Notes: generated by a model from the letters alone, not told the origin. Counted from the first letter of the stretch, positions 1 to 12,594 are shown. The stretch: 64,000 bases of DNA from Mobula hypostoma (GCF_963921235.1 NC_086101.1:7938001-8002000); one strand, 5' to 3'. Program-made: numbers and translations.

Positions 1-525
1 TAATCACAGAGCCATTAATATGAAAAAGAAAATTTGCCAGCATCTCAAACAGATAAATGGCAAATTTTCTGTTCTCATTGATGATTCAACAAGCCTGAGC
101 ATTAAGACCGCCTTAATAGTTTACCTGAGATGTGAAAGCGATAAGGAAGTTGATCCCATTTTATGTTTTTCGATCTAATTGAATTGCCTGATCAGAAAGC
201 TGCAACTATTGCTAAGCATCTATTGAACTGTCTCAATAACCATGGGTTTGACGACTCTTACTTGAAACAGAATCTTGTAGCATTTTCTACAATTCTCATT
301 TAATTCAAGAATCATTTAATGGACAAATTGTTCTGTGTTTACAGTAGATCACCTCTAAATCAAAAGGAACTGTCTGAATGTGTCTCTCAACTGCAACAAC
401 AAATTTGCAAAATAGGCCATGTTCTGGGTACCAGGTGAGTAGCTAGCTCGTTTTGAACAGTTTCAGCAATGTGGCAAAATTATGAAGCACTGTGATTTCA
501 TTTCGAAAAAGCAATGAAGGATGAA
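1..525 (+). mobile_element. Degenerate hAT-superfamily transposase fragment (KIAA1586/ZNF862-like), truncated by a CR1
   Basis: Manual translation gives KFSVLIDDSTSLSIKTALIVYLRC (first catalytic D region), FFDLIELPDQKAATIAKHLL and KIGHVLGTR*VASSF*TVSAMW (TRW motif), with frameshifts and stops. Confidence 0.75.
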
Positions 526-2137
526 AGTGCTACGTGACAGTGATGGTAAGAATTGGAGGAGATGGCAGTTGAATGCGTGGCTGAGGAGTTGGTGCAGGGA
601 GCAGGGTTTTAGATTTTTGGATCGTTGGGATCTCTTCTGAGGAAGGTTGGACCTGTACAGATTGGATGGGTTGCAACTGAACTTGACGGGGAGCAATATC
701 CTTGCAAGTAGGTTTGCTAGCATGGTTCGGGAGGGTTTAAAATAATTTGGGTCCCGGAGCGATAGAGCAGTGAAAGAAGTGCATAGAGTAAAGCCAGATC
801 TAACATACGGAGAGGCTTTGAGGAAAGAGAAGCAGAATAAAGGGTGTAAAGACAGTAAGGTAGAAGGGCTGAAATGTGTGTACCTCAATGCAAGAAGCAT
901 CAGGAACAAAGGTGATGAACTGAGAGCTTGGATACATACATGGGATTATGATGTAGTGGCCATTACAGAGACTTGGCTGGCACCAGGGCAGGAACGGATT
1001 CTCAGTATTCCTGGATTTCAGTGCTTTAAAAGGGATCGGGGGCGGGGGAAGGGAAGGAGGGGTGACATTACTGCTCAGGGATACTATCACAGCTACAGAA
1101 AGGGTGGGTGATGTAGCAGGATCCTCTTTTGAGTCAGTATGGGTGGAAGCCAGGAACAGGAAGGGAGCAGTTACTCTATTGGGGGTATTCTATAGGCCCC
1201 CTGATAGCAGCAGAGATATGGAGGAGCAGATTGGGAGGCAGATTTTGGAAAGGTGCAAAAATAACAGGGTTGTTATCATGGGTGACTTTAACTTCCCTAA
1301 TATTGATTGACACCTGATCAGTTCCAAGGGTTTAGATGGGGCAGAGTGTGTCCAGGACTGATTCCTGTCACAGTATGTGGACAGGTCGACTAGGGGGAAT
1401 GCCATACTAAATCCAGTACTAGGTAATGAACAGGGTCAGGTCGCAGATCTCTCAGTGGGTGAGCATCTAGGGGACAGTGGCCACCGCTCCCTGGCCTTTA
1501 GCATTATCATGGAAAAGGATAGAATCAGAGAGGACAGGAAAATTTTTAATTGGGGAAGGGCAAATTATAAGGCTATAATACTAGAACTTTCAGGTGTGAA
1601 TTGGGATGGAGTTTTTGCAGGGAAATGTGCAATGGATATGTGGTCGATGTTTAGGGATCTCTTGCAGGATGTTAGAGATAAATTTGTCCCAGTGAGGAAG
1701 ATAAAGAATGGTAGGGTGAAGGAACCATGGGTGACAAGTGAGGTGGAAAATCTAGTCAGGTGGAAGAAGGCAGCATATATGAGGTTTAGGAAGCAAGAAT
1801 CAGATTGGTCTATTGAGGAATATAGTGAAGCAAGAAAGGAGCTTAAAAAGGGGCTGAGAGGAGCAAGAAGGGGGCATGAGAAGGCCTTGGCGAGTAGGGT
1901 CAAGGAAAACCCCAAGGCATTCTTCAATTATGAGAAAAACAAAAGGATGACAGGAGTGCAGGTAGAACTGATTAGAGAGAAAGGTGGGAAGATGTGCCTG
2001 GAGGCTGTGGAAGTGAGCGAGGTCCTCAGTGAATACTTCTCTTCGGTATTCACCAATGAGAGGGAACTTGATGATGGTGAGGACAATATGAGTGAGGTTG
2101 ATGTTCTGGAGCATGTTGATATTAAGGGAGAGGAGGC
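526..2137 (+). mobile_element. CR1 LINE fragment: end of ORF1 esterase plus ORF2 APE endonuclease and linker
   Basis: Motifs YLNARSIRNK, VAITETWL, GVFYRPP, MGDFNFPNIDW, LGDSGH and KENPKAFF across ORFs 770-2162; disrupted by stops and frameshifts. Confidence 0.9.
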
Positions 2138-3289
2138 GTTTGAGTTCTGTGGAGCTCTGTAATTCATATATTCCTTTCATCTTGGTTTAGCACTTGACAT
2201 TATAAGAAGCCCTATTCATATATATATTTCACACCCAATTTGTGTACCTGTTCATTACATGCATGGGGCAAGGAAGTTGCCCAGCACGTGAAATGAGCAG
2301 GTACATAGATTGTGTGTGACATATACAGTATATAGAGATGATATAGGAAATGGCAAGCACTTTGTCAGCTCAGGCACCCAAAAAATTAGCACTGCACCCC
2401 TGGTTGAGGATGACTCATTTCCACTCCAGAACTGAGGTGACCGAGGAGACCAATGTGGGATCTGCAGTGTAGGATTAGTGTAAGGGTGTGGATAATGGTT
2501 GATAAGATTCAGCCTGTATCTGAGCTTCAGTTTGCATTTCAAATCTGCCTTTTATTCATAATAAAATATATATAAAATTCGGAACACGGTGTGAACAGTA
2601 TTTTACATTCTGAGTACCATTTGGTCAATCCAGTCAGTCATGTTCACATTGTTTAAACCATTGCCGCTCAGGTTGCTCAGAGGTGATGCAACTTTTCAAT
2701 GTTGGCAGCATTCCCTGACGGACATCTCGCTGTGCTGGGAGACCAACAGGTTTCGGGCGGACCAAAGAGCGTCTCTCACTGAGTTGATGATCTTCCAGCA
2801 GCAGTTTCCGTGCTGAATGACTGAATGACACTGAGATCACCGGAAACAGGAACATTAGCACTGAGGCCGGCAGGTCAAATGTCTCTTGTTCACAGAGGGA
2901 CGATGAAATATTCCACCCTGCAGGAGCCCTGGCCTGACTCGAGGGTCCTGCCTTCTGTAATATCTCACTGTTGTGGAGGGAGGGAGTTGTGTTTAGAGCT
3001 GTGCTTTGTGTGTGTGTGGGGGGGGGGGCAGGGGGTGATCCGATGGGTGAACTGAGAGATTATCGGGTGTTGGGAGGGTTTAAGCACATGATTGGAAGGG
3101 GTCTGATCAGACAGGTCACTGGGCCTGACTAATCTGCGGAAACAGAATCAGAATCGGGTTTATTATCTCTGTTATATATGATGTGAAATGTGTTGCTTTG
3201 CAGCAGCAGTGCAGTGCACAGACATAACATCACTATGAATTATAAAATAAATAGAGCAAGTGAAGGAATAATGGGGTAATCAGTGGAAA

Positions 3290-3610
3290 TCTTTGTGTCA
3301 TCTCTGGCACAAAGAAGATGGTTGTGGTCTTTGGAACCGATCATCTCAGCCACAGGACATCTCTGCAGGAACTCCCCAGGACAGAGTTCTCGTCCCAAAC
3401 ACCCTCAGCTGCTTCATCAACGACCTTCTGCCCATCGTAAGGTCAGAGGTCGGGATGGTCACTTATGACGACACAATGTTCAGCACCATCTACCACTCCT
3501 CAGATAATGAAGCAGCCCACAACACAAATGCAACAAGACCCGGACAATATCTAGGCCTGGGCTAATAGGTGGCAAGTGACAATCACATCACACAGTGCCA
3601 GGCAGTGATA
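3290..3610 (+). mobile_element. Old non-LTR reverse transcriptase fragment
   Basis: ORF 3293-3565 reads AGTPQDRVLVP..SCFINDL..TYDD, a decayed GVPQGSVLGP/FINDL/FADD series. Confidence 0.65.
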
Positions 3611-4295
3611 TCTGAGGAAGGAAACTCTGGGAATCATGAGAATTGGGAAAATTGAAACATATTGAAATTAGCTGCCTTACCGCTTGGGAAATTATAGTAG
3701 TTAGACCGAGGGAGAAGGTCACTGAGAGGTGACGATATGACAGTCAGTGCAGTGATTAGACTGTGGATGTGTTTAGTCAGCAAGGTGAAACTCACTGGAT
3801 CAAAGGTAAACAGGTGGAGGTTGGATTGCAGACCACGGCAGGAGAGTTTATCATCAGATAATGGGAGTCATGGCAGGAAAACAGGGTCAGAGATGAAGAC
3901 AATGAATTACAGAGAGCATTGGGAAATGGATGTCAGTCAGATCGAGAGACACCACATAGAAATAATCAAAGGTCAAATATTACAGAGAAATGTAGATTTC
4001 TGATGATTTTTTTATGAAATCCACATGTCACCATTGTATAATAGGAACCCGTAAGATCATTGACTCAGTGGAGTATCTTTGCAATGACACTCGAAGTGTT
4101 CCCTGATGTTCACTGTAACAGGGCCTGAATAAACTGTCTTGTTCCCGAAACTCACCACTGCTGTCTGGCAGGTTCTTTCTGTGCTGTTCCATCTGAACCA
4201 TATTTAAGTGGGAGACTGGTCCCCACACCCACAACCCAACCCCAGTCCCTCTGTCCCTCGAGCTGCTGTTGTGGAAGCTGCCGGATGAAGACTGT

Positions 4296-4480
4296 CAGAG
4301 CAACACACTCAATGTACTGGAAGACCTCAGGGGCTGTGGAGAGGAGAACAGTCGTCGTTTCAGACCGAGAATATTCAACGCTGTTTATTCCTCTCCATAT
4401 GCTGCCTGACCGGCTGAGTTCCTCCAGTATATTGTGTGTGTTGCTCTGGAATTCCAGCATCTGCAGAATCCCTTGTGTTT
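4296..4480. repeat. Foldback (inverted pair) of Penelope-type terminal repeat
   Basis: CAGAGCAACACAC..ACTGGAAGACCTCAG at 4296 is inverted to CTGAGTTCCTCCAGT..GTGTGTTGCTCTG ending at 4448; similar to the 3' terminus of the Penelope at 50645. Confidence 0.7.
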
Positions 4481-4633
4481 GTGAGTGGAGATTCCAGTCC
4501 AGTGCCCCTGCTCTCTGGGTCTGATGGGGTTTAGAAGACAGGCAGGGAAAAATCATTTCCACACGTGGGTCCTGTTCAGAACAAGCGAGACCGGACCTTT
4601 GGAGCCAGGCCTTATGTGGTGAAGTCAAGAAGG

Positions 4634-4644
4634 GAAACGGAAAT
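4634..4644 (+). promoter_or_regulatory. ISRE/IRF-E-like motif GAAACGGAAAT
   Basis: Matches GAAANNGAAA; about 640 bp upstream of the TRIM ATG. Confidence 0.4.
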
Positions 4645-4859
4645 CAGGAGTTGAATGTTTTCCACACTGTGACGTACAATGTCCAGTCCTGTGGTGATTC
4701 CTGCAGCCACATCGTTGTCATCGCCACAGTATCAGTCTCCTCACAGCAGATTCTCTCCACACCCCGTGTTCCATACCATTAACTGATTTAATAGTTGCTC
4801 TAAATTTACATTAATCACTGTTTTCACACCCCAGCCTGACTACCTTCAGTCCTCGAGCT

Positions 4860-5083
4860 AAACAAAACGAGCTTTTGGAGGAAAACCAAGGGTCAGGCCG
4901 CATCTGTGGAGAGAAACGGACAATCGACAATTCGGTTCGAGAACCTTCATCTGGAATGTCTCAACCTGGAATATCTTATGTCCCTTTTTCTCCACAAATG
5001 CTGTCGACCTGCTTAGTTCCTCCAGCAGCTCACTTTTCCTTCTAGATTTCTGCATTTACTGTCCCCTGTGTCTCTCTTTACAG
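4860..5083. repeat. Second Penelope-terminus foldback, ending in a candidate splice acceptor
   Basis: GGAGGAAAACC..CATCTGTGGAGAGAAACGGACA is inverted to TGTCCCTTTTTCTCCACAAATG..AGTTCCTCC; the segment ends TGTCTCTCTTTACAG at 5083. Confidence 0.6.
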
Positions 5084-5236
5084 GACTTGCCCCTTCAGTT
5101 CTGCCGTAGACTGAACCAAGCTCTTCTCTCCGGCTTTATCTATGTTAGACTTGTTTGATGTGTTTCTGATCCCTGCTGTGGAAATGAACACGATTCCTGC
5201 TCACTGAAAAGGAACATTCATTCCCGAGACTGCAGC

Positions 5237-5247
5237 GAAAGTGAAAG
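5237..5247 (+). promoter_or_regulatory. IRF-E/ISRE motif GAAAGTGAAAG
   Basis: Strong match to the IRF consensus GAAANTGAAA, about 30 bp upstream of the TRIM start codon. Confidence 0.5.
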
Positions 5248-5278
5248 GATCCTGAACCAGGGAGTACTGAGAGTTAAC

Positions 5279-5689
5279 ATGGCTTCGAAAGGAGAGATCG
5301 AGAGTTTAACCGAGGAGGCAATCTGTCCCATCTGCCTGGATTTCTTCACCGATCCGGTGTCACTACAGTGTGGACACAACTTCTGCCGCTCCTGTATCAC
5401 ACGGTGTTGGGAAAGGGAGGAGAGAAACTCCTGCCCAGAATGTAGAGAGGAGTTTGCAGACCGCACCCTCAGGGTCAATCGGGCCTTAGCAAATCTGTCT
5501 GAGAAAGCTCGAAAACTAAACCTGAACCCGAAAGAGAAAGAAAGTAAACTTCACTGCGAGAAACATGGGGAAGAACTGAAACTGTTTTGTGAGACGGACG
5601 AGACACTGATCTGCCTGATCTGCAGAGATGCGCGGGAGCACAAGTCTCACAACTTCATGCCGGTTAACGAAGCCGTTGAAATCTGCAAG
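5279..5689 (+). CDS. TRIM (RING/B-box/coiled-coil/PRY-SPRY family E3 ligase, TRIM39/TRIM27/A33-like) coding exon 1: RING and B-box2
   Basis: AACATGG Kozak context; C3HC4 [22 protein letters not shown]-box CEKH..FC..CLIC..HKSH; donor AAG|GTAAAA at 5690; 411 nt, phase 0. Confidence 0.95.
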
Positions 5690-5767
5690 GTAAAACTAAC
5701 CAGGTTTTGATCAGCTATTTACTTAGTTGCATATTTTGGTCTAATTTCTTACCTCTCTGATTCCCAG

Positions 5768-5863
5768 GATCGGGTTAAATCTTCCTTAGACTCCCTCACA
5801 AAAAAGAAATCAGACTTCGAGGAGATGGAGCAACAACAGAAAGAGAAGATTTCTGGAGTTCGG
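5768..5863 (+). CDS. TRIM coding exon 2 (96 nt, coiled-coil)
   Basis: ttcccag|GAT...CGG|gtgagg; open frame DRVKSSLDSLTKKKSDFEEMEQQQKEKISGVR; 96 nt is the typical TRIM exon size. Confidence 0.92.
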
Positions 5864-5924
5864 GTGAGGCTTCCAGAGCAGAATTTACAAATTCGCTGTG
5901 TAGTTTTGTTCCCTTTAATGCAGA

Positions 5925-6160
5925 ACAGCAGAGTACCGCAGCTCCAGTAACCTGGGGTCGATCCTGACCCCTGGAGCTGTCTGCGTGAAGTTCGCAATTA
6001 ATCTTGTGAAGTTGAGTGGTCTGTGAATCAGGTCGGAGTTAGTGGGTCAGAGACGGAGTATATGTTTCAGGGAGACATGGGGGAATGTGATGGAGGGAAC
6101 TGTTCTGAGAACCAGCAGAGAGGTTAATGGGCTGAATGGTTACCTTCCATGTCAGAAGGA
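5925..6160 (+). mobile_element. Degenerate tRNA-derived SINE (V-SINE-like) in TRIM intron
   Basis: B-box-like GGGGTCGATCC followed by GCTGTCTGCGTGAAGTT; LINE-like tail ATGGGCTGAATGG. Confidence 0.4.
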
Positions 6161-6212
6161 AATACAAAAAATAGCCTCAAATAGTAAACTATCCTCTCCG
6201 TTTATTTGACAG

Positions 6213-6446
6213 GAACAGTCACACAGCCTTCAGTCCCAGATCACATCCCATTTTGCTGAACTGCGTCGGGTTCTCACTGAGAAAGAGCAGCGCGCACTCC
6301 GAGATCTCAGGGAAGAAGAGGGTAAGATTCTTAATCCAATGGAAAAAAATCTTCGAGAAGTTCAAGAGAACTTAAATTCTATCCAGGAGAAAATCTCAAA
6401 GTTACAGGAACAGATGGATCAACAAGAAACTATCACATTTCTCATG
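6213..6446 (+). CDS. TRIM coding exon 3 (234 nt, coiled-coil)
   Basis: tttgacag|GAA...ATG|gtgaga; open frame EQSHSLQSQITSHFAELRRVLTEKEQ...QETITFLM. Confidence 0.92.
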
Positions 6447-7157
6447 GTGAGAGATTTCAGTTTGTTTCTGTAAAAGTGTCCAGTCCCAAAATGATGCATT
6501 TTATCCGCAAGTACTGTAGTTGGAAACTGATTTTCACCATGTTGGCATCCTGACTGGTCAGGATTGTCATTTTCCCATACCGGCTTCCCACAACATCTGT
6601 ACATCACAGGGTAGTCTGCAACCTTCTCGGGAATGAGTTACTCCGATCAGAGCACTGAGCTGGTGATCGTTACTGTGATTCCCACGTATAATATCCCCGA
6701 TACTCAGTGCAACACCCAGTTACATTTACAGACTGTGAGTGTGTTTCTGATATTTTTTTCACCACATTTCTTGTGGCATTTATTAACAACCAACTGACCT
6801 TTATCTTTGACTTTTGGTCTTGCACAAGGAGAAATATTTTCTCCACTTCCAACCCATCAAATCCATTCGGGATGTTAAATTCCTCCAACTGATCCTCCCT
6901 GACATCATATCCAGATAAAAATACACAACCTGTCCAGTCTCTCCTGTAAGTTGCATCCTCTCAGTTATGGTATAAATTTCATACACATTCCTTGTACTTA
7001 CTCCCGTGGTTTTCTCTCGCTCATTCTCCATTCGTTTCAGTGGGAGTGAGTTAAGTAGGAATTTTTAGCAGTTTGTAATAACTTGGCTCAGATTCCTGCC
7101 ATCCGGACGCCGACGGTCAGTCTCAGCCAATTGAGATCTGTGTTTTATTTATTTCAG

Positions 7158-7180
7158 GAGGAAGCTTGTTGGAAAAGGAG
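7158..7180 (+). CDS. TRIM coding exon 4 (23 nt microexon)
   Basis: atttcag|GAGGAAGCTTGTTGGAAAAGGAG|gtagga; a 23-nt exon is characteristic of this TRIM class. Confidence 0.88.
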
Positions 7181-7276
7181 GTAGGACATGGTCTTGACTG
7201 AAACTCTGGATGGATTTGTAAAAGAGTTCAAATATCACTGATGTTCAGTTTGTAACTACATGTATAATATTTACAG

Positions 7277-7395
7277 GATTGGTGATGAAGGCCAAACATT
7301 GTCAGTGACAGATGGTGCCCTACTGGTTGAAAAATTCTATCACCCCTATTTGTTCGACATTGCATTGGGAGAAGCGTTTGACGGCATTAAGCGAG
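7277..7395 (+). CDS. TRIM coding exon 5 (119 nt linker)
   Basis: ttacag|G ATT GGT...CGA G|gtaaaa; open frame IGDEGQTLSVTDGALLVEKFYHPYLFDIALGEAFDGIKR; ends in phase 1, matching the SPRY exon. Confidence 0.88.
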
Positions 7396-8742
7396 GTAAA
7401 ACATAAGATCCATTCCGGCACCAACCCCACCTGCTGGGACACATCACTGCCACATGGTCAGCTGGAGATGTCAGACCCTTGAACACACCAAACCAGGGGC
7501 AAATTACAACGAATTGACTGGTCTGTTAGGTGAATCATTGCATCCTGATCCCATTTGCACTGGACAAAAAAGCCAATGCACGAGTTTGAATCCTCACATG
7601 GCAGCTCTGGAATGAATATTCCATTAATGACATTAAAGGGGATAAAAATCTGGTATCACTGTGGTGACAGGGATTGTCAGAAAAATACACCAGTCCTTCG
7701 TGCCGTTCACCGTCTGACCTGTCCGTGACCGCAGTCTGATTGACTCAGCTCTGCCCCCTGCTGGACCCGCGAGTCTCACTGTTGTAATCAAACCACCACA
7801 TTGAAGACTGAGCCCGGACACACCAACCAACATTAACACTGGTGAACACAGCATAACTGGTCTGGCAAATCTCCCTCACACACATTCACAAGAAGGTTTA
7901 GCAGATTGTAGTCAGAGCCTCAGCATTGCACATTGTTAGTCCCCTCAATAACCTGGAAACTATTTTCTTCAGACAAAGTGAAAGGTTTCTATTTGGACAA
8001 ATCACACACGTGTCACACAGTGTCAACACACATTGGGTATGAGAAGACACTCTGTAACATCCAAGTAGTTCAATGTGCACACTCACCTTCAATGTGTATA
8101 CACACTCACTGATATCTACCACAACTAACACACAGACAACCACAATGACAAATGTATGAATGCACCATCAGAGTGGGACACATCTTCAGAGACACAGACA
8201 CATTTCCGTGTGTTTGTCCCATATCCGTCTAACCATTGCCTATCGTTGTACTTGTCTAAATTGATTTTATAATATTTTAATTATACCTGTTTATACAGCT
8301 TCCTGTGGCAGCAAATTCCACATGTACCCACTTCCCTCACAGTGAGAAAGCTGCCCTGCAGATCCCTTGAAAAACGTTCCCTTCTCACCCTCAATCTCTG
8401 CCCTCTAGTTTTGGGCTTCCCTGGAGTTCCCTGGTTTGACCTTCCAGCCCTTCTTAAGGCACCACCTCAGTCACCCTCCAGTCTTCCAGCAGCTCAGCTG
8501 TGGTGAAATGTGAAGCTAATATATCTGCCAGAGTCTCTGCAAATTCATCCTCTGTCCTAATGAGGGGCTGTGGGGAGTGTGTTTGTGGGAAAGGAGACAA
8601 AGGGACCCTTATCACCCATATTCATCCCCTTCACCTTCTGTTTCCATCTACACACGCAGTTCACCACAGGCTTTCCACCCCTCCCCATCTGGTTCCGATT
8701 CCATCTGCCATTAATCTCTCCCCTCATGGATCCCATGATCAT

Positions 8743-9310
8743 AAACAGGAAAAAGTCTGCGGATATTGGAAACCAAATCAACACACACAAAATGCTGGAG
8801 GAACTCAGCGGGTCAGACAGCATCTATTGTAATGAATAAACAGCTGATGTTCTGGGCTGTGATCCTTCTTCAGGACTGAAATTGAAGGGGGGAGATGCCA
8901 GAATAAAAAGGTGGGGAGAGGGGAGAGAGGCTAGTTAGAAATTGACAGGTGAAGCCAGGGGGGTGGGAAAGCTAAAGGGCTGGAGAAGAAGGAATCTGAT
9001 TGGAGAGGAGAGTGGAGCATAAGAGAAAGGGAAGGAGGAGGGGACCAAGGGAGTAGTGATAGGGAGGTGAGAAGAGATTAAAAGCTAGAGTGGGGAATAG
9101 AAGAAGAGAGGAGGTGATGAGAAAAATTTTACCTGAAGAGGAAATCAGTATTCATGTCATCAGGTCAGAGGTTACCCAGGCAGAATATAAGGTGTTGCTC
9201 CTCCATCTTGAGGATGGCCTCATCTTGGCGCAAGAGGCGGCCGTGGACAGACATTTTGGAATGGGAATTAAAATGTTTGGCCACTGGGAAGTTCCCCTTT
9301 GGGCGGATAG
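8743..9310 (-). mobile_element. Penelope 3' fragment (GIY-YIG tail and 3' UTR)
   Basis: 9150-9290 resembles 51110-51260; 8743-8877 resembles the terminal repeat at 50645-50784. Confidence 0.75.
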
Positions 9311-9999
9311 AGTGGACCCTCCTTTACTGATAAGATTCCAGCACAGGTCGGCCTTTGTGCTTCTGTTTTTCACCCTCCCACTTCCGCCTCCCACCTCCCC
9401 ATCTCCCAACCTTCCCCGCAACCTCTCTGCTACTGGCGATCAAAATTTTCATTGTGTTGGTCTTCACCTGTCATTCACTTCCCAGAGTCTCCCAACTCCA
9501 CAGTCCACACTCTCCACCCTTCCTCTACCTGGAACAATCTGCCTGCCATCTTTCACCAATCCTCAGTCCACAGTTACTTCAGACTCCTGTCTCATCACTC
9601 CCCTTCTCCTCTGCTCAATCTACACCCCTCATAACCCTGTATATTTCTGTCAGATCACCTCCCAGTCCACTTAGCTGCATTTGGCCCGTATCCTTCTACA
9701 CCTTCCCTGTCATCATTTCTCTGTCCCAGGTCTCAACTCAGGCCAGTTCCTCGGGGCCCACAATTCTCCTGTGTTACAGAAAACGATCGACCTAATTTTT
9801 CTTTTAAAAACGCAAACACGAGGAAATCTGCAGATACCGGAATTTCAAGCAACACACATCAAAGTTACTGGAGGATCCACAAACCTGCCTGTCCTGGCCG
9901 ACCTGTTGTCTCAGCTTGCTCCTGCCCCACCGAACTCATTTCTGCATACCCAACACGGTTTTATCACCCCTTGTTCAATCCCTTCCTACCTATGTTCGT

Positions 10000-10975
10000 G
10001 ACACTTCTCCTAAATATCTAAGTCTCTCTGCAGGCTCTCTGTTTCCACAACACTACCTGCTTCTCCACCTGTCTTTGTATCATCGGCAAATTTAGCCACA
10101 AATCCATTAATCCCATATTCCGAATCATTGATATACATCGTAAAAAGCAGTGGTCGCAACCTCGACACCTGTGGAACTCCACTGGTAACGGACAGGCAGG
10201 CAGAATAGTATTCCTTTATTCCCACTCTCTGTTTTCTGCCAATCTGCCAATGCTCCACCCATGCTAGTAACTTCCATGTAATTCCATGGGCTCTTATCTT
10301 GCTAAGCAGCCTCATGTGCGGCACCTTGTCGAAGGCCTTCTGAAAATCCAAGTACACCACATATATTGCATCTCCTTTGTCTACCCTGCTTGTAATTTCC
10401 TCAAAAATTTGCAGTCGGTTAGTCAGGGAGGATTTTCAGGTGTAACCCGTCCTTTTCGTACAGGTCGTTCCTCCCCCAGTGATCCAGGATCCCGAAACCC
10501 TGCCCCGCTACACCAGTCTCTCAGCCGTGCATTGATATGCCTGTTCATGCTATTCTTGTGCTCGTTAGCACTTGGCACAGGCAGCAATCCTGAGATTACT
10601 ACCCTGGAGGTCCTGCTTCTCAGCTCCCTACCCACTCCCTGAACACTCTCTTCAGGACCTCTTCCCTTTTCCTACCAGTGTCATTGGTACCAACGTGTTC
10701 AAAGCCTTCTGGCTGGTCACCCTCTCCCTTCAGAATACTCTGCACCCGATCCGAGACATCCCGTACGCTGGCACCTGGGAGGCAACACACCATGCAGGTA
10801 TCTCTATCAGGCTGAAAGAACCTTCCGTCTGTTCCCTCACAATGTAATATCCTATGACAACAGAATTACTCATCTTTTTTCCCTTCTGCACCACAGAACC
10901 AGGCTCAGTGCCAGAGACCCGATCGCTGTGGTCATCCTCTGTTGCGGTCACCCCCTCAACAGCATCCAAAATGGA
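10000..10975 (-). mobile_element. CR1 fragments (RT core and ORF1 esterase)
   Basis: YLDFQKAFDKVPH, SGVPQ and KFADD in ORF 10010-10360; VVISGLLPVP and VVIG motifs upstream. Confidence 0.88.
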
Positions 10976-12059
10976 CCCAGTACACACTCAGGAAATGCAG
11001 GAAAAACACAGCAGGTTGGTCAGGATCTGTGGAGAGAGGAACAGGCTTCACGTTCCACATCGGTGACCTCTCCTGGAATTGATTCAAACACTGCCTGCTC
11101 TGTTGCGGGTTTCAAGCAATTTCTGTTTTGTTATAGTTCTTCCAGCATCTGATTCCAGAAGAAATGGGAGTGCAGTGTAATTTCCTCCGGAAGGGGGATG
11201 AAGAAGAAGGAATGTGCTCGGAGAGGGGAGTGGACCATTAGAGAAATCGATGCTCGGGTTGGAACTACCCGGAGAGGGACAGTGAAGGTTAGAATGACGT
11301 GGACATGATATTTTGGAGCCGGAAGTGTGGCAACACATGCAGGCTGATCCCAGCACAATCCTCGGGCAGACTGTGTTGGTCATTGACGCAATGGAGAAAT
11401 GTAAATGGTGAAGCCCCTGTGTGTATTTGTGTGTGGCGGAGACTGAGAGAGAGAGAGTCTGAGACTTGCTCCAGGCTCCCCAGGTAGATGCAGGGATGAT
11501 GTTTCTGGTAACGGGAGTGTCAGGATGAGGAGGCACAGTGAGGGGACGACCATGCAGAGGTGAATAAACGTATTTACCCAGCTCATAATCTAACAGGGCT
11601 CTGCACATTTACACAGCAACTATGTTGAAGAGAGACGTGGATGGAGTTTTGGATACAAAGTGAATCAGTAGAAATAGCATTAGTACAGGGAAGTGGTATT
11701 GATCATGTCTAATGGGAGAGCAGGTGTGAGGGGCTGAATGGCCTCCTTGCTTCTGTTTCTAATGTTCTTCAGAACAGTGTACAGACTGACCAGAGGGAGG
11801 ATAGAAGGGTCTGGGGAATAAATAGAGGTGTAAAGCAGGAAGGTGAAAAGGAGATTAAATATCAATTATTTGAATTGTCAGGCGAATATCTTTAACACTG
11901 AAATGGGGGATCTTGATGCAGCAGAAGATTGTGAGGTGTCGGATACACTGGGATTACTCAAATACGGACACAGGAAAACTTCCTGACTTCACCCCTGTAC
12001 AGCCCTGCTCTGATGTGAGGTCCCACTCTTCCTAATTAGACTGATGGAGGTAGACAGCG

Positions 12060-12594
12060 CGCACACCGGCCCTTCAGCGTAACATGTCCCTGACAACCAA
12101 GGGGGCTTTCTCAGCACCTCCCATTTGACAGCATTTGGCCAGACTTCCTCTGAACATTTTCAATCAAGAACTTGTCTAAATGTCTTAAAAGTGTTTCAGT
12201 TCTATCGGCCTTTACCATTTCCTCTGGCAGCTCATCCCACTTACCGACCACCAACTGTGTGGAAAATTTGCCACTCGGGTCCACTGCTGATCTTTACCCT
12301 CTGAGCTTGAATCTATATCCTCTAGTTTTAGACTCCCCTCCCCTGGGGAAAGACTGTGTCCATCGACCTCATCACTGTCCTGCAGGATTTCATAAAGCAC
12401 AATAATGTCAACCCTCAGTCTCCTTTGCTTCAGGGAAAACAGTCCAGGTCGATCCAGATTCTCCTGAAGCCCTTTAGCCCCGGTAACATTCCTGTGAATC
12501 TTGTCTGCACACATTCCAGCTGAATGTCATCCTTTCTACAGCTCGGTGACCAGAACTGCACCCAGTACTCTGAGTGTGCTCTCACCAATGTCTT
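12060..12594 (-). mobile_element. CR1 3' fragment, split by an L1 insertion (resumes at 16806 to about 16975)
   Basis: GLFSLKQRRLRVD motif; TCTCACCAATGTCTT duplicated at 12580-12594 and 16806-16820. Confidence 0.75.

Noticed and set aside
4645..4735. Non-coding first exon of the TRIM
   Set aside because: Position is plausible, but no convincing GT donor could be assigned without transcript data.
5690..5710. ORF-track end of the TRIM (VKLTRF*)
   Set aside because: Intron read-through; a canonical donor at 5690 and a 96-nt next exon are present.
9090..10001. Overlapping Pro/Ser-rich ORFs
   Set aside because: Low-complexity decayed Penelope-type UTR sequence with no domain motifs.
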